A stretch of DNA of 64,000 nucleotides, taken from the IMG/VR virus record IMGVR_UViG_3300021962_000022, one strand, 5' to 3'. The translations under genes were made by a program, and so were the position numbers. Source of the stretch: a virus (taxonomy: Duplodnaviria; Caudoviricetes). Positions 10,113 to 19,217 of this stretch are shown piece after piece. Numbering within the stretch: the first letter of the stretch is position 1; the number at the start of each line of letters is the position of its first letter. The notes under the pieces are model-generated. The model had not been told where the DNA came from and did no database searches. It worked only from the letters and a program-made list of their open reading frames with translations.

Positions 10113-10383
10113 GAATGTATTTTAATATTATCTCCACCGCTTCGTTATCATCTTTGAAATCTTTCTGTGGTGCGAAAAAAGGTCCCTTACCAGTATCATC
10201 TTTTTTAATGTAGAAAGCCGGAAGATACTCGTTACCTGTTTGGTCGATAACTTTATTCCATAATTCTTTATTTTTACCAACCTCAACTTCTCTATATGGT
10301 AGTGATTCTTTTTGTAATCTTTCTTTGAGGTTCTTACAACTACCACATCCCTCTAATGTAAACAATAATAATTCGTTTGCCAT
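10090..10383 (-). CDS. Glutaredoxin-like protein
   Basis: FTLEGCGSC CxxC motif, YLP, 97 aa. Confidence 0.8.
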   Translation of the reverse strand: MANELLLFTLEGCGSCKNLKERLQKESLPYREVEVGKNKELWNKVIDQTGNEYLPAFYIKKDDTGKGPFFAPQKDFKDDNEAVEIILKYIQKEEGGQ

Positions 10384-10384
10384 A

Positions 10385-10690
10385 TTATAAAGAATTTAAT
10401 GTTTCCTTGTAAAAAGAATCAGGTCTGACACCTGAAGTTCTCGATACTTCGTTATCCCCATTAAAAATTATCACTGTGGGTACAGAACGAACACCATATT
10501 CTTGTGAACCTTGTTGGTTCGAATCAACGTCAACTTTGACAAATTTAACGTCAGGGTACTCGTGTTGTAAAAGTTCTAATCTTGGTAATAACATTTTACA
10601 TGGTCCACACCAAGACGCGTAAAAATCGGCAAGTACTTTCTCACCATTTTGTTTCATTTCATTTAATTTTTCTACTGTAATTAATTCCAT
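10385..10690 (-). CDS. trxA: Thioredoxin
   Basis: DFYASWCGPCK active site, VKVDVD, VRSVPT. Confidence 0.93.
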   Translation of the reverse strand: MELITVEKLNEMKQNGEKVLADFYASWCGPCKMLLPRLELLQHEYPDVKFVKVDVDSNQQGSQEYGVRSVPTVIIFNGDNEVSRTSGVRPDSFYKETLNSL

Positions 10691-10694
10691 TTTT

Positions 10695-11771
10695 TTAATT
10701 GTTTTTAAATCCTATTTGTGTTTTATTTTCAACTCGAGCTAAATCCTCGTCGATATGATAAATATCTGCAAGACTTGTCGGTTTGTCAACTGTTTTTGTT
10801 TTACCTAAGTGTTTTAATAGTTTGTTTGAATTCTCAACACTAAGTGGTGTGAATTTATGTTCACAGATTAACCTACCTTTCCTTAAAAGTGCCTTATCAA
10901 TTTTCTCTTTTTTCATATTGAACGTGGCAACAATTTGAATGTTTAGACAGTCACCTAAAATTCCATCGGTTATGTTTAATATATTTGATACACCAGCGGA
11001 AGAACCGTTTATCTCTCTGTCAGAAATTACTTTTTCGGCGTCCTCAATAATTAAAATGGAATTTTTATGTTCCATTAAAAATGGTATAATTGAGGGTTCT
11101 GATAAAGATTCCGCCATAGAAGGTGGTATGAACAAAATCTCTTTTTCTTTTATTAGTCTTGTGAGGTATTTTATATAGGATGTTTTTCCTGTACCTGGGT
11201 CTCCGTGAAAAAGAATAATACCTTTATCATTCATGTTGTTCAATCTTTTAACTATGGTTTCGTGAATTTTAGAAAATTCTTGACCATAATTTAATTCCAC
11301 ATCAACATCAGGTACGTTCAGTTCATAATCTTCAGTGTCCATGTGACCATGCTCGGACTTAACCAAACTAATACCACTTTTCTTCAAAACCACTTCAAAC
11401 TCCGATATTTTTTGTACATCAAAATTTGATTCAAAACTACCGTTTATGAGTGTATAATAACATTCGATTTCGAAAAGTAAGGTGTCTTTTTCGTATTTTG
11501 ATTTTAACAATACTCCGGTTTTATTCTTATCATTGAATAAAAGAGTCTCAGTATTTAATTTTTGTGCTCTTCTTCTGTTTACCGTATTTACTTCGGTCAA
11601 TAGTGTAAAGCCATTTGATATCAAATATTCTTTGATATCAAGTTTATAGGTCTTCTCCATCTTATATAATGAAGGTATTTCATCAAACATGTGTAAAAAC
11701 AATTGATGAACTGGCATGTCATTACCATAAGAGGTTTCATAAATAAAATAATTTTCTGGCGTCTTTCTCAT
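10695..11771 (-). CDS. AAA+ ATPase (BCS1-like)
   Basis: Walker A GDPGTGKT, Walker B LIIEDAE, ILNITDG, ATFN, DKALLRKGR (arginine finger region). Confidence 0.88.
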   Translation of the reverse strand: MRKTPENYFIYETSYGNDMPVHQLFLHMFDEIPSLYKMEKTYKLDIKEYLISNGFTLLTEVNTVNRRRAQKLNTETLLFNDKNKTGVLLKSKYEKDTLLFEIECYYTLINGSFESNFDVQKISEFEVVLKKSGISLVKSEHGHMDTEDYELNVPDVDVELNYGQEFSKIHETIVKRLNNMNDKGIILFHGDPGTGKTSYIKYLTRLIKEKEILFIPPSMAESLSEPSIIPFLMEHKNSILIIEDAEKVISDREINGSSAGVSNILNITDGILGDCLNIQIVATFNMKKEKIDKALLRKGRLICEHKFTPLSVENSNKLLKHLGKTKTVDKPTSLADIYHIDEDLARVENKTQIGFKNN

Positions 11772-12061
11772 TTCTTAAATATAAATTTCAAATCAGTTGA
11801 TTCATAAAAATAAATTCCCTCGTACTCACTATCCTCAACTTTTTTGAAAATCATCAGTGATATTCTTAAAAACTCAAGTTGTTCTTGTGTTAATTGTGGT
11901 TCCCCCATTTTTCTAAAATTGTTTTCCGCAACTTTTAAAATACCACTATAAAATTCATCTTCATTTAATTCAGACAAAAAGTATTTTCTGGCATCTTCAT
12001 TATTTTGAAAATAATTTTTTATTGTTTGCAAATATATTAAACTTTCAGGGGAAAATTCCAT
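11768..12061 (-). CDS. Hypothetical protein
   Basis: 97-aa ORF coupled to both neighbours. Confidence 0.6.
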   Translation of the reverse strand: MEFSPESLIYLQTIKNYFQNNEDARKYFLSELNEDEFYSGILKVAENNFRKMGEPQLTQEQLEFLRISLMIFKKVEDSEYEGIYFYESTDLKFIFKK

Positions 12062-12063
12062 TT

Positions 12064-12954
12064 TTAATAATTCATAATCAGTAATTCAATACCCTCATTT
12101 TGAGTTCCGTCTTTCTTCGCAGCTGCGGCCTTTTTAAATGTTTCTTTGGCCCATTTAAAACCAGTTGGTTCAAACATCAATAACTGTCCGTTTTTACCGA
12201 CCCCAACCCCATTTTCGGGAAACCATTCGTGTAGTTGTTTAAACTCGTAATATGATAAACTAAACTTACCTTGTATACCTTTAAGAGTGTTTGCTAATCT
12301 TTCGTGGTCGTTACTATCAAAATCGTGATTGGAGTAATAGTTTTCTGTTTTCCAATATGGTGGGTCCATATAAAAATAAGTTTTCGGTGAGTCATATTTC
12401 TCAACGACTTTTTGGAAATCCATATTTTCTACAAATGTGATTCTATCTAAATGTGCCCTATATTCAGGATGTTTTAATTTATCCATGAATATGAGGACCT
12501 TACATCTATACTTACCCTTGTAATCGGTGTAACTAGATGTTTCGGGTTTTGAACCTGAGAATACTTGGGTTAATACATAAACATACTTAGCAGCAACATC
12601 AAAATTTGGTTCGTCACCAATGACAAGTTCATTATCAAAGACTTCTTTTTGATAAGTTCGAAACATTTGTTCATACTCAGGTGGTGTGTCTTCAACCCCC
12701 AATTGTTGACAAGGGTATTTTGATAACTCTTCCCACAACCTATCATAGTGTTTTGCACATTTAAAAAGATTTGCGTTCAAACGATTAAAGTCATTATAAA
12801 CCACGGTTTTAAGATTAGGGTACTTTTTAAGGTCCATATTAAAAAAGACCCAGAACATACCCGAAAACCCCTCTACGTAGGTTTCAATGTCGTTAGGTAT
12901 GAATGGAACAATCCATTTACCAATTCTAGCTTTTCCTCCGATGTATGATATCAT
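12064..12954 (-). CDS. DNA adenine methyltransferase (Dam/D12 class); target unknown
   Basis: YIGGK, YVEGFSG, VYNDFN, FYMDPPY motifs. Confidence 0.9.
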   Translation of the reverse strand: MISYIGGKARIGKWIVPFIPNDIETYVEGFSGMFWVFFNMDLKKYPNLKTVVYNDFNRLNANLFKCAKHYDRLWEELSKYPCQQLGVEDTPPEYEQMFRTYQKEVFDNELVIGDEPNFDVAAKYVYVLTQVFSGSKPETSSYTDYKGKYRCKVLIFMDKLKHPEYRAHLDRITFVENMDFQKVVEKYDSPKTYFYMDPPYWKTENYYSNHDFDSNDHERLANTLKGIQGKFSLSYYEFKQLHEWFPENGVGVGKNGQLLMFEPTGFKWAKETFKKAAAAKKDGTQNEGIELLIMNY

Positions 12955-13040
12955 TTATTGTTTTAAATTTTGCGTTATTCTTCCTCTAACTATAAAAATA
13001 TAAGAAACTTTTTTTGAAAATGGAAATCTGGCTCAAACTT

Positions 13041-13208
13041 TTATTTTACCGGTTCAGATTTGGTTTTACCACCCTTCTGTCTTTTTCTTCTTGCGGCACA
13101 GTGTGCTTTTTGAGAAAAACCTTTTGGGTTACTACAATCAATGGTCTTCTTATATTTCATTGACCATTTTTCCACCACTAAGTCTTCCAATAATTCCATT
13201 AATTTCAT
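13041..13208 (-). CDS. 55-aa basic Cys-containing phage protein, missing from the ORF track
   Basis: Manual translation MKLMELLEDLVVEKWSMKYKKTIDCSNPKGFSQKAHCAARRKRQKGGKTKSEPVK*; the KWS..YK..IDC.NPKGFSQ.AHC motif is a small-protein motif I recognise from large phages. Confidence 0.75.
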   Translation of the reverse strand: MKLMELLEDLVVEKWSMKYKKTIDCSNPKGFSQKAHCAARRKRQKGGKTKSEPVK

Positions 13209-13245
13209 ATTGATAAATACTTATTTATTACTTATTTTTTATATT

Positions 13246-13410
13246 ATGGGATGTTCAAGTTGTAAACAAAAGAAAGAAACAGTGGCACCAACAAAGGAGT
13301 CGTTGGAGAGATTGGCGCAGAAAACTGAGAAGGTTGTATATTGGTCATTTGTTGTGTGGAGTGTCTTCGCTGTTTATGGTATATACAGTTTCATTAAACT
13401 CTTTCTATGA
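13246..13410 (+). CDS. Small membrane protein (54 aa, MGCSSC start, C-terminal TM helix)
   Basis: Start moved from 13141 to ATG 13246 because the longer ORF overlaps the 55-aa gene on the other strand; hydrophobic C-terminus. Confidence 0.6.
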   Translation: MGCSSCKQKKETVAPTKESLERLAQKTEKVVYWSFVVWSVFAVYGIYSFIKLFL

Positions 13411-14045
13411 AGAATGGGAAATATTTTATAGTTCTTTTTTGTAATAAAAAAAGAGTCAAGATTTTATACAGGTGTCAGAAAAAGGCAACTGTGTACGATT
13501 ATTGGCATGAATATAAAACAGAAAAGAAACCAAGGTTTGTTAAAACACAAAACAGAAAAAGAAACAATGAGGTTGTTTACGAGTTGGCGTTAATTTTCCC
13601 AAATAATAGGTGGGCAACAAAGACTTTTGTAAAAGATAGTTTAGGTCGTTTGATTGAGGCCAAATACGAGGATGATAAATTCAGGATAAAAGAAATAATT
13701 CCGTATTGGAAAGAGGAACTAATATACGACCTACAGAAAAAGACAAGAGTTCGTTATCATGAAATATTGGAACAAATAATGTCTATAAATGAGATTGGTC
13801 AAATATTCACATTGAACAATAAATTATTTGTTCAAAACGACGACAATATACTTTTGTTTGGAAATAAAAATATACGTGATTCAAAAAGACTGTTTGAATT
13901 AATCAGAGAAGATGTTCTGAGAAAGAAGAAGGGTAATTTTATTTTTGTGAAGGATGTGTCAACAGCTCAAAGAAAAATACTTTATCAATTACTTGAATCG
14001 AAAGGGTTTAAAAAATCAGAATTGTTTAGGCACTATTCTTATTAA
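13407..14045 (+). CDS. Hypothetical basic protein
   Basis: 212-aa ORF with ATGA overlap to the previous gene. Confidence 0.65.
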   Translation: MKNGKYFIVLFCNKKRVKILYRCQKKATVYDYWHEYKTEKKPRFVKTQNRKRNNEVVYELALIFPNNRWATKTFVKDSLGRLIEAKYEDDKFRIKEIIPYWKEELIYDLQKKTRVRYHEILEQIMSINEIGQIFTLNNKLFVQNDDNILLFGNKNIRDSKRLFELIREDVLRKKKGNFIFVKDVSTAQRKILYQLLESKGFKKSELFRHYSY

Positions 14046-14265
14046 AGATAATGTCCACTTCCCCAATCTTTATTGTAAAAGTTTTATCGGGTTTTGACAT
14101 CCTACCATTTTGTTTTCTTGATATGTAATCAAAGGTTTCAAAAAAGGCATCCTTATTCAACTCAAAAACTAACGTATTTGATGTTGCATCCAAATTCATT
14201 TTTTCAATTAAATCGGATATAATGGCTAATTGATTTATTAAATCACCCTTTTTTTCCATATCCAA
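14026..14265 (-). CDS. Hypothetical protein
   Basis: 79-aa ORF in a tightly packed minus-strand run. Confidence 0.6.
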   Translation of the reverse strand: MDMEKKGDLINQLAIISDLIEKMNLDATSNTLVFELNKDAFFETFDYISRKQNGRMSKPDKTFTIKIGEVDIIFNKNSA

Positions 14266-14449
14266 AAATTATCGATAACTTTTTAAAAAATGTAAGTTTT
14301 TCTTTTTTTGGGGCTTCAAACATTTTGGTTTTATCCAACTTTTTGATTTCCTCAATCATTTGATTCTTGTGGGACTGTATCTCCTTGGAGTCCTTCTCCG
14401 ATTCTCTCTTCAACCAATCTAATCCCTGTTGTATTCTCTTGTTTTGCAT
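14243..14449 (-). CDS. Hypothetical protein
   Basis: 68-aa charged ORF overlapping both neighbours. Confidence 0.5.
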   Translation of the reverse strand: MQNKRIQQGLDWLKRESEKDSKEIQSHKNQMIEEIKKLDKTKMFEAPKKEKLTFFKKLSIIFGYGKKG

Positions 14450-14807
14450 CCTTAATAAATGATATATCTTTTAACTTATCAAGTGACTGGTGTTGAAACA
14501 ATACTTCCAACTCTTTAATTTTTTGTTGTAGTAGTTTTTGTTTCTCCTCCATTTCTTTATTCGTTGTGATTATTTCTTTAGCGCAAGAAAAAACTACATC
14601 GTATCCATCTGCAGTTGCGTTACTTATCAAAGAAACTAAAGTGAACTTCTCATTCTTGTCTTGTACTTTGTATTTAATGGATTTATATAACGAAATAATT
14701 GACTCGATTTTCCAAGTTGCAGGAAGTTTAATGTCTAAACTTACGTTATTATCTATTTCCCTTAAGGAAAAAAAATACGGTCTTAGATGTCTTATATTAT
14801 CAAACAT
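14352..14807 (-). CDS. Hypothetical protein (coiled-coil C-terminus)
   Basis: 151-aa ORF. Confidence 0.6.
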   Translation of the reverse strand: MFDNIRHLRPYFFSLREIDNNVSLDIKLPATWKIESIISLYKSIKYKVQDKNEKFTLVSLISNATADGYDVVFSCAKEIITTNKEMEEKQKLLQQKIKELEVLFQHQSLDKLKDISFIKDAKQENTTGIRLVEERIGEGLQGDTVPQESND

Positions 14808-14991
14808 TTGGCCACCTGATTATGAATGTTATTATATATGATATTGATAGATAAAGAAAAGTCTTATCTACCTGTGAAAGTTGCATTATAGATGGTTCAT
14901 CAGAGAATAGTTTAATCACAAACTCTGAAACAAATCTAAGTAAGTATACTATACTTAAAACCATTAAAAATACTAAAATATTAAGCATCAT
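14800..14991 (-). CDS. Small two-TM membrane protein
   Basis: 63 aa with two hydrophobic segments. Confidence 0.55.
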   Translation of the reverse strand: MMLNILVFLMVLSIVYLLRFVSEFVIKLFSDEPSIMQLSQVDKTFLYLSISYIITFIIRWPNV

Positions 14992-15163
14992 GTTTTTTTA
15001 TTTCTTGTAAAAGTTCTTTTCTGTAAAGAGGAATGAGCTCCTTTATTTCTTGAGCATATTTTCTTGCTCTAATAGATGCACTCCTGTTACCTTTTTCGAA
15101 AACTTTAGTAGTGTCAACAGACATTCTTTCTACCAAGTCTTTGATTTTTTTAAGTGTGTCCAT
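14981..15163 (-). CDS. Histone H1-like protein, Hc1 family
   Basis: KGNRSASIRARKYAQEIKEL...YRKEL matches the GNKAAGxRARK core of short Hc1-type proteins; has its own upstream promoter motif. Confidence 0.7.
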   Translation of the reverse strand: MDTLKKIKDLVERMSVDTTKVFEKGNRSASIRARKYAQEIKELIPLYRKELLQEIKKHDA

Positions 15164-15198
15164 TTTTCCGATTTTATATATAGTATACGGAAAATAAA

Positions 15199-15663
15199 CT
15201 ACTTTTTCAAGTTTTGTTCGAATAATTTATAAATTTCAGTTAGGATGTCTAATTCAGACCTTGACTTACGATATCTGAAATCAAATAATTTGTAAAAATA
15301 TTCAGATATTCTTGTTTCTTTTTCTTCGAATTTCACAAAATAATATGCCTCAAAGAAAAAGTTCCACATGTACTCATAGTGGGTACCCTTCTCCTTGAAG
15401 AATATTTTTTCTTTATCAAAATTTGTGATTATTCTATTCCAACACCAATTAAAGTGATTTCTTTGGTCCAATTCGTCATAAAGAACGTCGGCACCCAAAA
15501 AGGTATCATCAACTAAATTGTATAAAGAGGATAAGAAATCATAAAATAATATAATCTTATCTCTGTTGATGTTGTAGGTTCTATACCAAATGTCTATTTG
15601 ATGTCTATATTTTTCAGATATATCTGACTCAATATATTCTTCTCTATTTTCCATAATCCTCAT
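15199..15663 (-). CDS. Hypothetical protein
   Basis: 154-aa aromatic-rich ORF with an upstream promoter motif. Confidence 0.65.
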   Translation of the reverse strand: MRIMENREEYIESDISEKYRHQIDIWYRTYNINRDKIILFYDFLSSLYNLVDDTFLGADVLYDELDQRNHFNWCWNRIITNFDKEKIFFKEKGTHYEYMWNFFFEAYYFVKFEEKETRISEYFYKLFDFRYRKSRSELDILTEIYKLFEQNLKK

Positions 15664-15705
15664 TAATTATAATATAAGGATAAAAGAAAATAAAAAAAAG
15701 AAAAA

Positions 15706-17031
15706 TTACTGAGTACTTTCGTCGTATCCTATGATTTTTTTCATTCTCGAGATTTCCTCATTCACAATTGAAGTCATAGTGGTTTTAGATTCGTTCACCG
15801 TTTTAACTTTTAATGGTTGAACTCCTCTTGCTCCGTAGAATGCTTCAGGTGTGTCTTTCTCTTTTTGTTTTTTTCTTCCAGCCGATTTACTTAAATTCTC
15901 TCCCGTTTTTGTTTTAATTACATTTGCAGCATCTTGAGAGTTACCCATAGTTGGGTCACCTTCTAATGCCATTTTTAATCTTTTCTTAAATCCTTCAGAT
16001 GGTTCAAAATCGTAATCTAAATCCAATAATGTACCACCTTTCATGTTATCGTCAATATATTCTTCTTCCTCTTTATTTGGGTTCACAGCCATCTTATCAC
16101 CCTTACTAATTTGATTAGGGAATTTTGGATTGTCATTACCATCAAAAGAAGATGCTTTTTTCAATTTATCTTTAACTAATTTCATTGCGTCATCACCATC
16201 TTTTTTAGTACCACTTTGAGCTTTTTTGGTAACTTCTATACCTGGTATTGCCTCACTCAAATTTTTCTTAGAGTTCACAACCATTTTTTTAATCAATGAA
16301 ACTAATTCATTTTCATTAAGTCTAAGAACTGGTTTTTTAGATTCATACATACCTGTTCCACATTCGTTACACATACCTTCTTCATTCATTGGTGAACCAC
16401 ATTCATTACATGTTTTCATTTCACCCTCATTAGTGTCAATATCTTTGGTTAGAGTCACTTTGTGCATTTTACCACTTCCTTTTGGGAATTCAAACTCTTT
16501 TTTACCAGCATCTTTGGCTTTATCGGCCGCTAATATGAAAGCGTTAGATTCTTCGATATCGGAATCCTCTTCCATGTAACCTTGACCACACTCCTCACAA
16601 GAACCTTCCATTTCTTCAAGTTCTGACCATGATTCGTCAACATTATATTTTTTACCGTTAAATTTAAATTCTTTTAAACCTTTATCTTTAGCGGATAAAA
16701 TGGCCTCTGCCATACCTGATACTGTAGTTTTTTTCATTTTGTTTGTTTCTTTGTTTTTTTCTAATTCTTCACCCATTTGGTCTAATTTATCAATCATTTC
16801 ATTTGGTGAACCATATTTTACTTTTTCGATGATAAACTCCTTTTTAGGGTGTTTCTTCTTATAAATATCCAAATGTTTCATTGCAATCTCCTCGGATTCG
16901 AATGATTCAACAGGTTCTCCTTCACAAGTGATTTGGAACATCTCTTTAGAATCCTTATTCTCATTAATGATGGCTCTTTTAACCTCATTAAATAATGATT
17001 CTTCTATTATATTGGATATATTCATTTTCAT
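15706..17031 (-). CDS. Putative head/internal virion protein with CxECG knuckles
   Basis: Highly charged 441 aa; CEECG, CNECG x2; KEFEFPKGSGK motif; preceded by the TATTTAT motif. Confidence 0.45.
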   Translation of the reverse strand: MKMNISNIIEESLFNEVKRAIINENKDSKEMFQITCEGEPVESFESEEIAMKHLDIYKKKHPKKEFIIEKVKYGSPNEMIDKLDQMGEELEKNKETNKMKKTTVSGMAEAILSAKDKGLKEFKFNGKKYNVDESWSELEEMEGSCEECGQGYMEEDSDIEESNAFILAADKAKDAGKKEFEFPKGSGKMHKVTLTKDIDTNEGEMKTCNECGSPMNEEGMCNECGTGMYESKKPVLRLNENELVSLIKKMVVNSKKNLSEAIPGIEVTKKAQSGTKKDGDDAMKLVKDKLKKASSFDGNDNPKFPNQISKGDKMAVNPNKEEEEYIDDNMKGGTLLDLDYDFEPSEGFKKRLKMALEGDPTMGNSQDAANVIKTKTGENLSKSAGRKKQKEKDTPEAFYGARGVQPLKVKTVNESKTTMTSIVNEEISRMKKIIGYDESTQ

Positions 17032-17724
17032 TTACTTAATAAATATCTTATTTATTTCATTTATTACTAATTTTTCTACCTCAGAGTATGGTAAACCTAA
17101 TTTATTAGATACTTTTTTAACTGATTCTTTTAATTCCTCGGATTCAAAAAAATCTAAACTCTTGATATCCCCTTGATTACAATATGGGTATCTTTTACAT
17201 TTCTCTTTTACTTTAACATACACTCCACCAGGACCACCCCATTTAGGGAAATTTTTGTCCTTAACGGCGCGGCTTTTTAAAATACTTTTAGGTCCATTAA
17301 TTTTCAATGGATTTGACCTACCCGAACTAAATGAAACATCGTATTGTCCTGAAGAGCTAGCGTCGGTAATTTCACTTAAATCACCCTCAAAATTGTGTAT
17401 TTTATTGATTTTTCTTTTTACGATTGGCCCACTACTAAATGCACCCTCAAAAGAACCTGATGCTCCCGCATCCATAGCTTCTTTAGTTTCAATTTGTTTT
17501 AATTTAATATAGTAATTTGGGTCCTCACTTAGATGGTCCATAGCTATTTCTTTAGCCATTAACTCATTATTGGTGTGTTCCTTCTCTACTTTAATTCCTT
17601 TATCTAATTGTTTTTTTAAGAACTTAACCATATCCTCGATATGGTAATATCCTTTCTTATCATGTTTTTTTGCAATGTCTTCTAAGGACATTTTATCCGA
17701 TATTCCACCTTTTAGTTTTTCCAT
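17032..17724 (-). CDS. DUF5661-like phage protein
   Basis: KGIKVEKEHT...AKEIAMDHLSEDPNYYIKL motif; start moved to ATG 17724 (TAATG overlap with the upstream stop). Confidence 0.6.
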   Translation of the reverse strand: MEKLKGGISDKMSLEDIAKKHDKKGYYHIEDMVKFLKKQLDKGIKVEKEHTNNELMAKEIAMDHLSEDPNYYIKLKQIETKEAMDAGASGSFEGAFSSGPIVKRKINKIHNFEGDLSEITDASSSGQYDVSFSSGRSNPLKINGPKSILKSRAVKDKNFPKWGGPGGVYVKVKEKCKRYPYCNQGDIKSLDFFESEELKESVKKVSNKLGLPYSEVEKLVINEINKIFIK

Positions 17725-17963
17725 TATCTCACACTTTTTAGTGGGGTTTCCCAAAAAGATTTACGTTGCCATAGAGTTTTAAATAACTCAACAACAACCT
17801 TTGATGATAGGTCAACTATTCTTTCATCTACTGACCTAGCACCAATTTCTTTTTGTATTATTTTCATAACAATATTATGTGCTTGAGTGGTTTCAAGAAA
17901 GTCTTTCATTTCCTTTCTCGCGATTTTCTCAATTTCTTTTATGTCAGTATTTGATAAAGCCAT
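17724..17963 (-). CDS. Hypothetical protein
   Basis: 79 aa, translationally coupled. Confidence 0.6.
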   Translation of the reverse strand: MALSNTDIKEIEKIARKEMKDFLETTQAHNIVMKIIQKEIGARSVDERIVDLSSKVVVELFKTLWQRKSFWETPLKSVR

Positions 17964-18508
17964 TATGCACTCATTCTATCTCTAATTAATGGCTCCATAG
18001 CCGTGATGAAAGTAGGTTCAAATTTTCTAAGTTTTTCCAACATATCCATTGTTTCATCATCAAGAAGTAACATATCACCATTTAGATATAAACCACTTCC
18101 CTCACCTGAAATTAATACAAAATTTATTTCTAAATCCGGTATCTCACCATCGAATCTGATTTCAGTTTCTGTTATGGTAATCCCTGGTTTCAAATTTGCA
18201 ATTTGTGAAACTTGTTGTCTAAAAGAATCAACTATTTGTGAAATACTTGTTTTTTCTTCTTGTTTCAGTTGGGTATCTTCTTTGTCCGTAGATAATAATT
18301 TTACGTCCACATCATTTACGACCTCAATATTGTCATATTGTTTCTTTTCCGCGGAATTGTCAACACTTTGTGTGTTATCAGTCGGTTGTTGAACCTCCTC
18401 TGTTTCTTCGGTAAGTGATTTTTTAGCGTATACCGTTTCATTAAGAGACCTTAATGTTTTCAACATACCTTTTATATCATCGTACCCTGTATTTTTACTA
18501 TTGTTCAT
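17963..18508 (-). CDS. Hypothetical acidic protein
   Basis: 181 aa, translationally coupled. Confidence 0.6.
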   Translation of the reverse strand: MNNSKNTGYDDIKGMLKTLRSLNETVYAKKSLTEETEEVQQPTDNTQSVDNSAEKKQYDNIEVVNDVDVKLLSTDKEDTQLKQEEKTSISQIVDSFRQQVSQIANLKPGITITETEIRFDGEIPDLEINFVLISGEGSGLYLNGDMLLLDDETMDMLEKLRKFEPTFITAMEPLIRDRMSA

Positions 18509-19103
18509 TTTTAAAAATTAGTCTAAAATTAAATGATGGGTTTATATCTGTATAAATATTTGAGAAATTGGATTTACACACAACACCATTAAATTTAATA
18601 GCACTTTCTAAATATCCCTGAGAGGGTACAATTTGTTTTGGGATGTTATGTAAATCACAAATGTGTTCACATAGTTTGGATATTACCGATACTTGGTCAT
18701 CGTTATACTTGTCCCAGAAATAGTAGTTTCTCCAATTTCTAAAGAACGGTTCGCAACGATATGGGTCACCAATCCAATTGTGCATGAAACCGGTAACCGT
18801 GTTTTTATTCAACCAACCAAGATTTTCGACCGCAATCTTTATGAATTGCTTATCGATATATGGTTCGTCAAATGTATTTGAATAATAATTGGTGTCAAAA
18901 AGTTGGTAGACTGTACCTAACTTAGTTACAATAAAATGTGGAATTTCATCATACTTACCACATTTGCGGTATTTTAGTTTATTGATGAAATCGTCGGTTC
19001 TTCTACTTGTATCGTAAAGTAATATTTGACTTTTTTTCGTTTTCCGACGAACAACATTTAGAGTTTTACTATCTAAACCTTCTACGTTGTGTATTTCCAA
19101 CAT
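18498..19103 (-). CDS. Amidase_2-fold (N-acetylmuramoyl-L-alanine amidase-like) protein, apparently lacking Zn-binding histidines
   Basis: PHFIVTKLGTVYQL, IAVEN, YNDDQ...LCEHI, TDINPSF fit Amidase_2, but the expected HxT is YDT and the second His position is K. Confidence 0.7.
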   Translation of the reverse strand: MLEIHNVEGLDSKTLNVVRRKTKKSQILLYDTSRRTDDFINKLKYRKCGKYDEIPHFIVTKLGTVYQLFDTNYYSNTFDEPYIDKQFIKIAVENLGWLNKNTVTGFMHNWIGDPYRCEPFFRNWRNYYFWDKYNDDQVSVISKLCEHICDLHNIPKQIVPSQGYLESAIKFNGVVCKSNFSNIYTDINPSFNFRLIFKNEQ

Positions 19104-19217
19104 TTCTAGTTAACTTTTTACTGATAACAGAAGAAATGTCGTTGTCTTCTGTATTATTTATTTCCGAATTGTCCGAACCATAGTTTTCCAACGAGTCCAC
19201 CTCTGGTTGGAATTCTT

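Noticed and set aside
10090-10690. Thioredoxin/glutaredoxin as a dedicated folding system for the Cys-rich modules
   Set aside because: Both are common in large phages as ribonucleotide-reductase partners; nothing links them to the structural genes
13141-13245. Longer start for the 13141-13410 ORF
   Set aside because: Overlaps the better-supported 55-aa minus-strand gene and the shared promoter region
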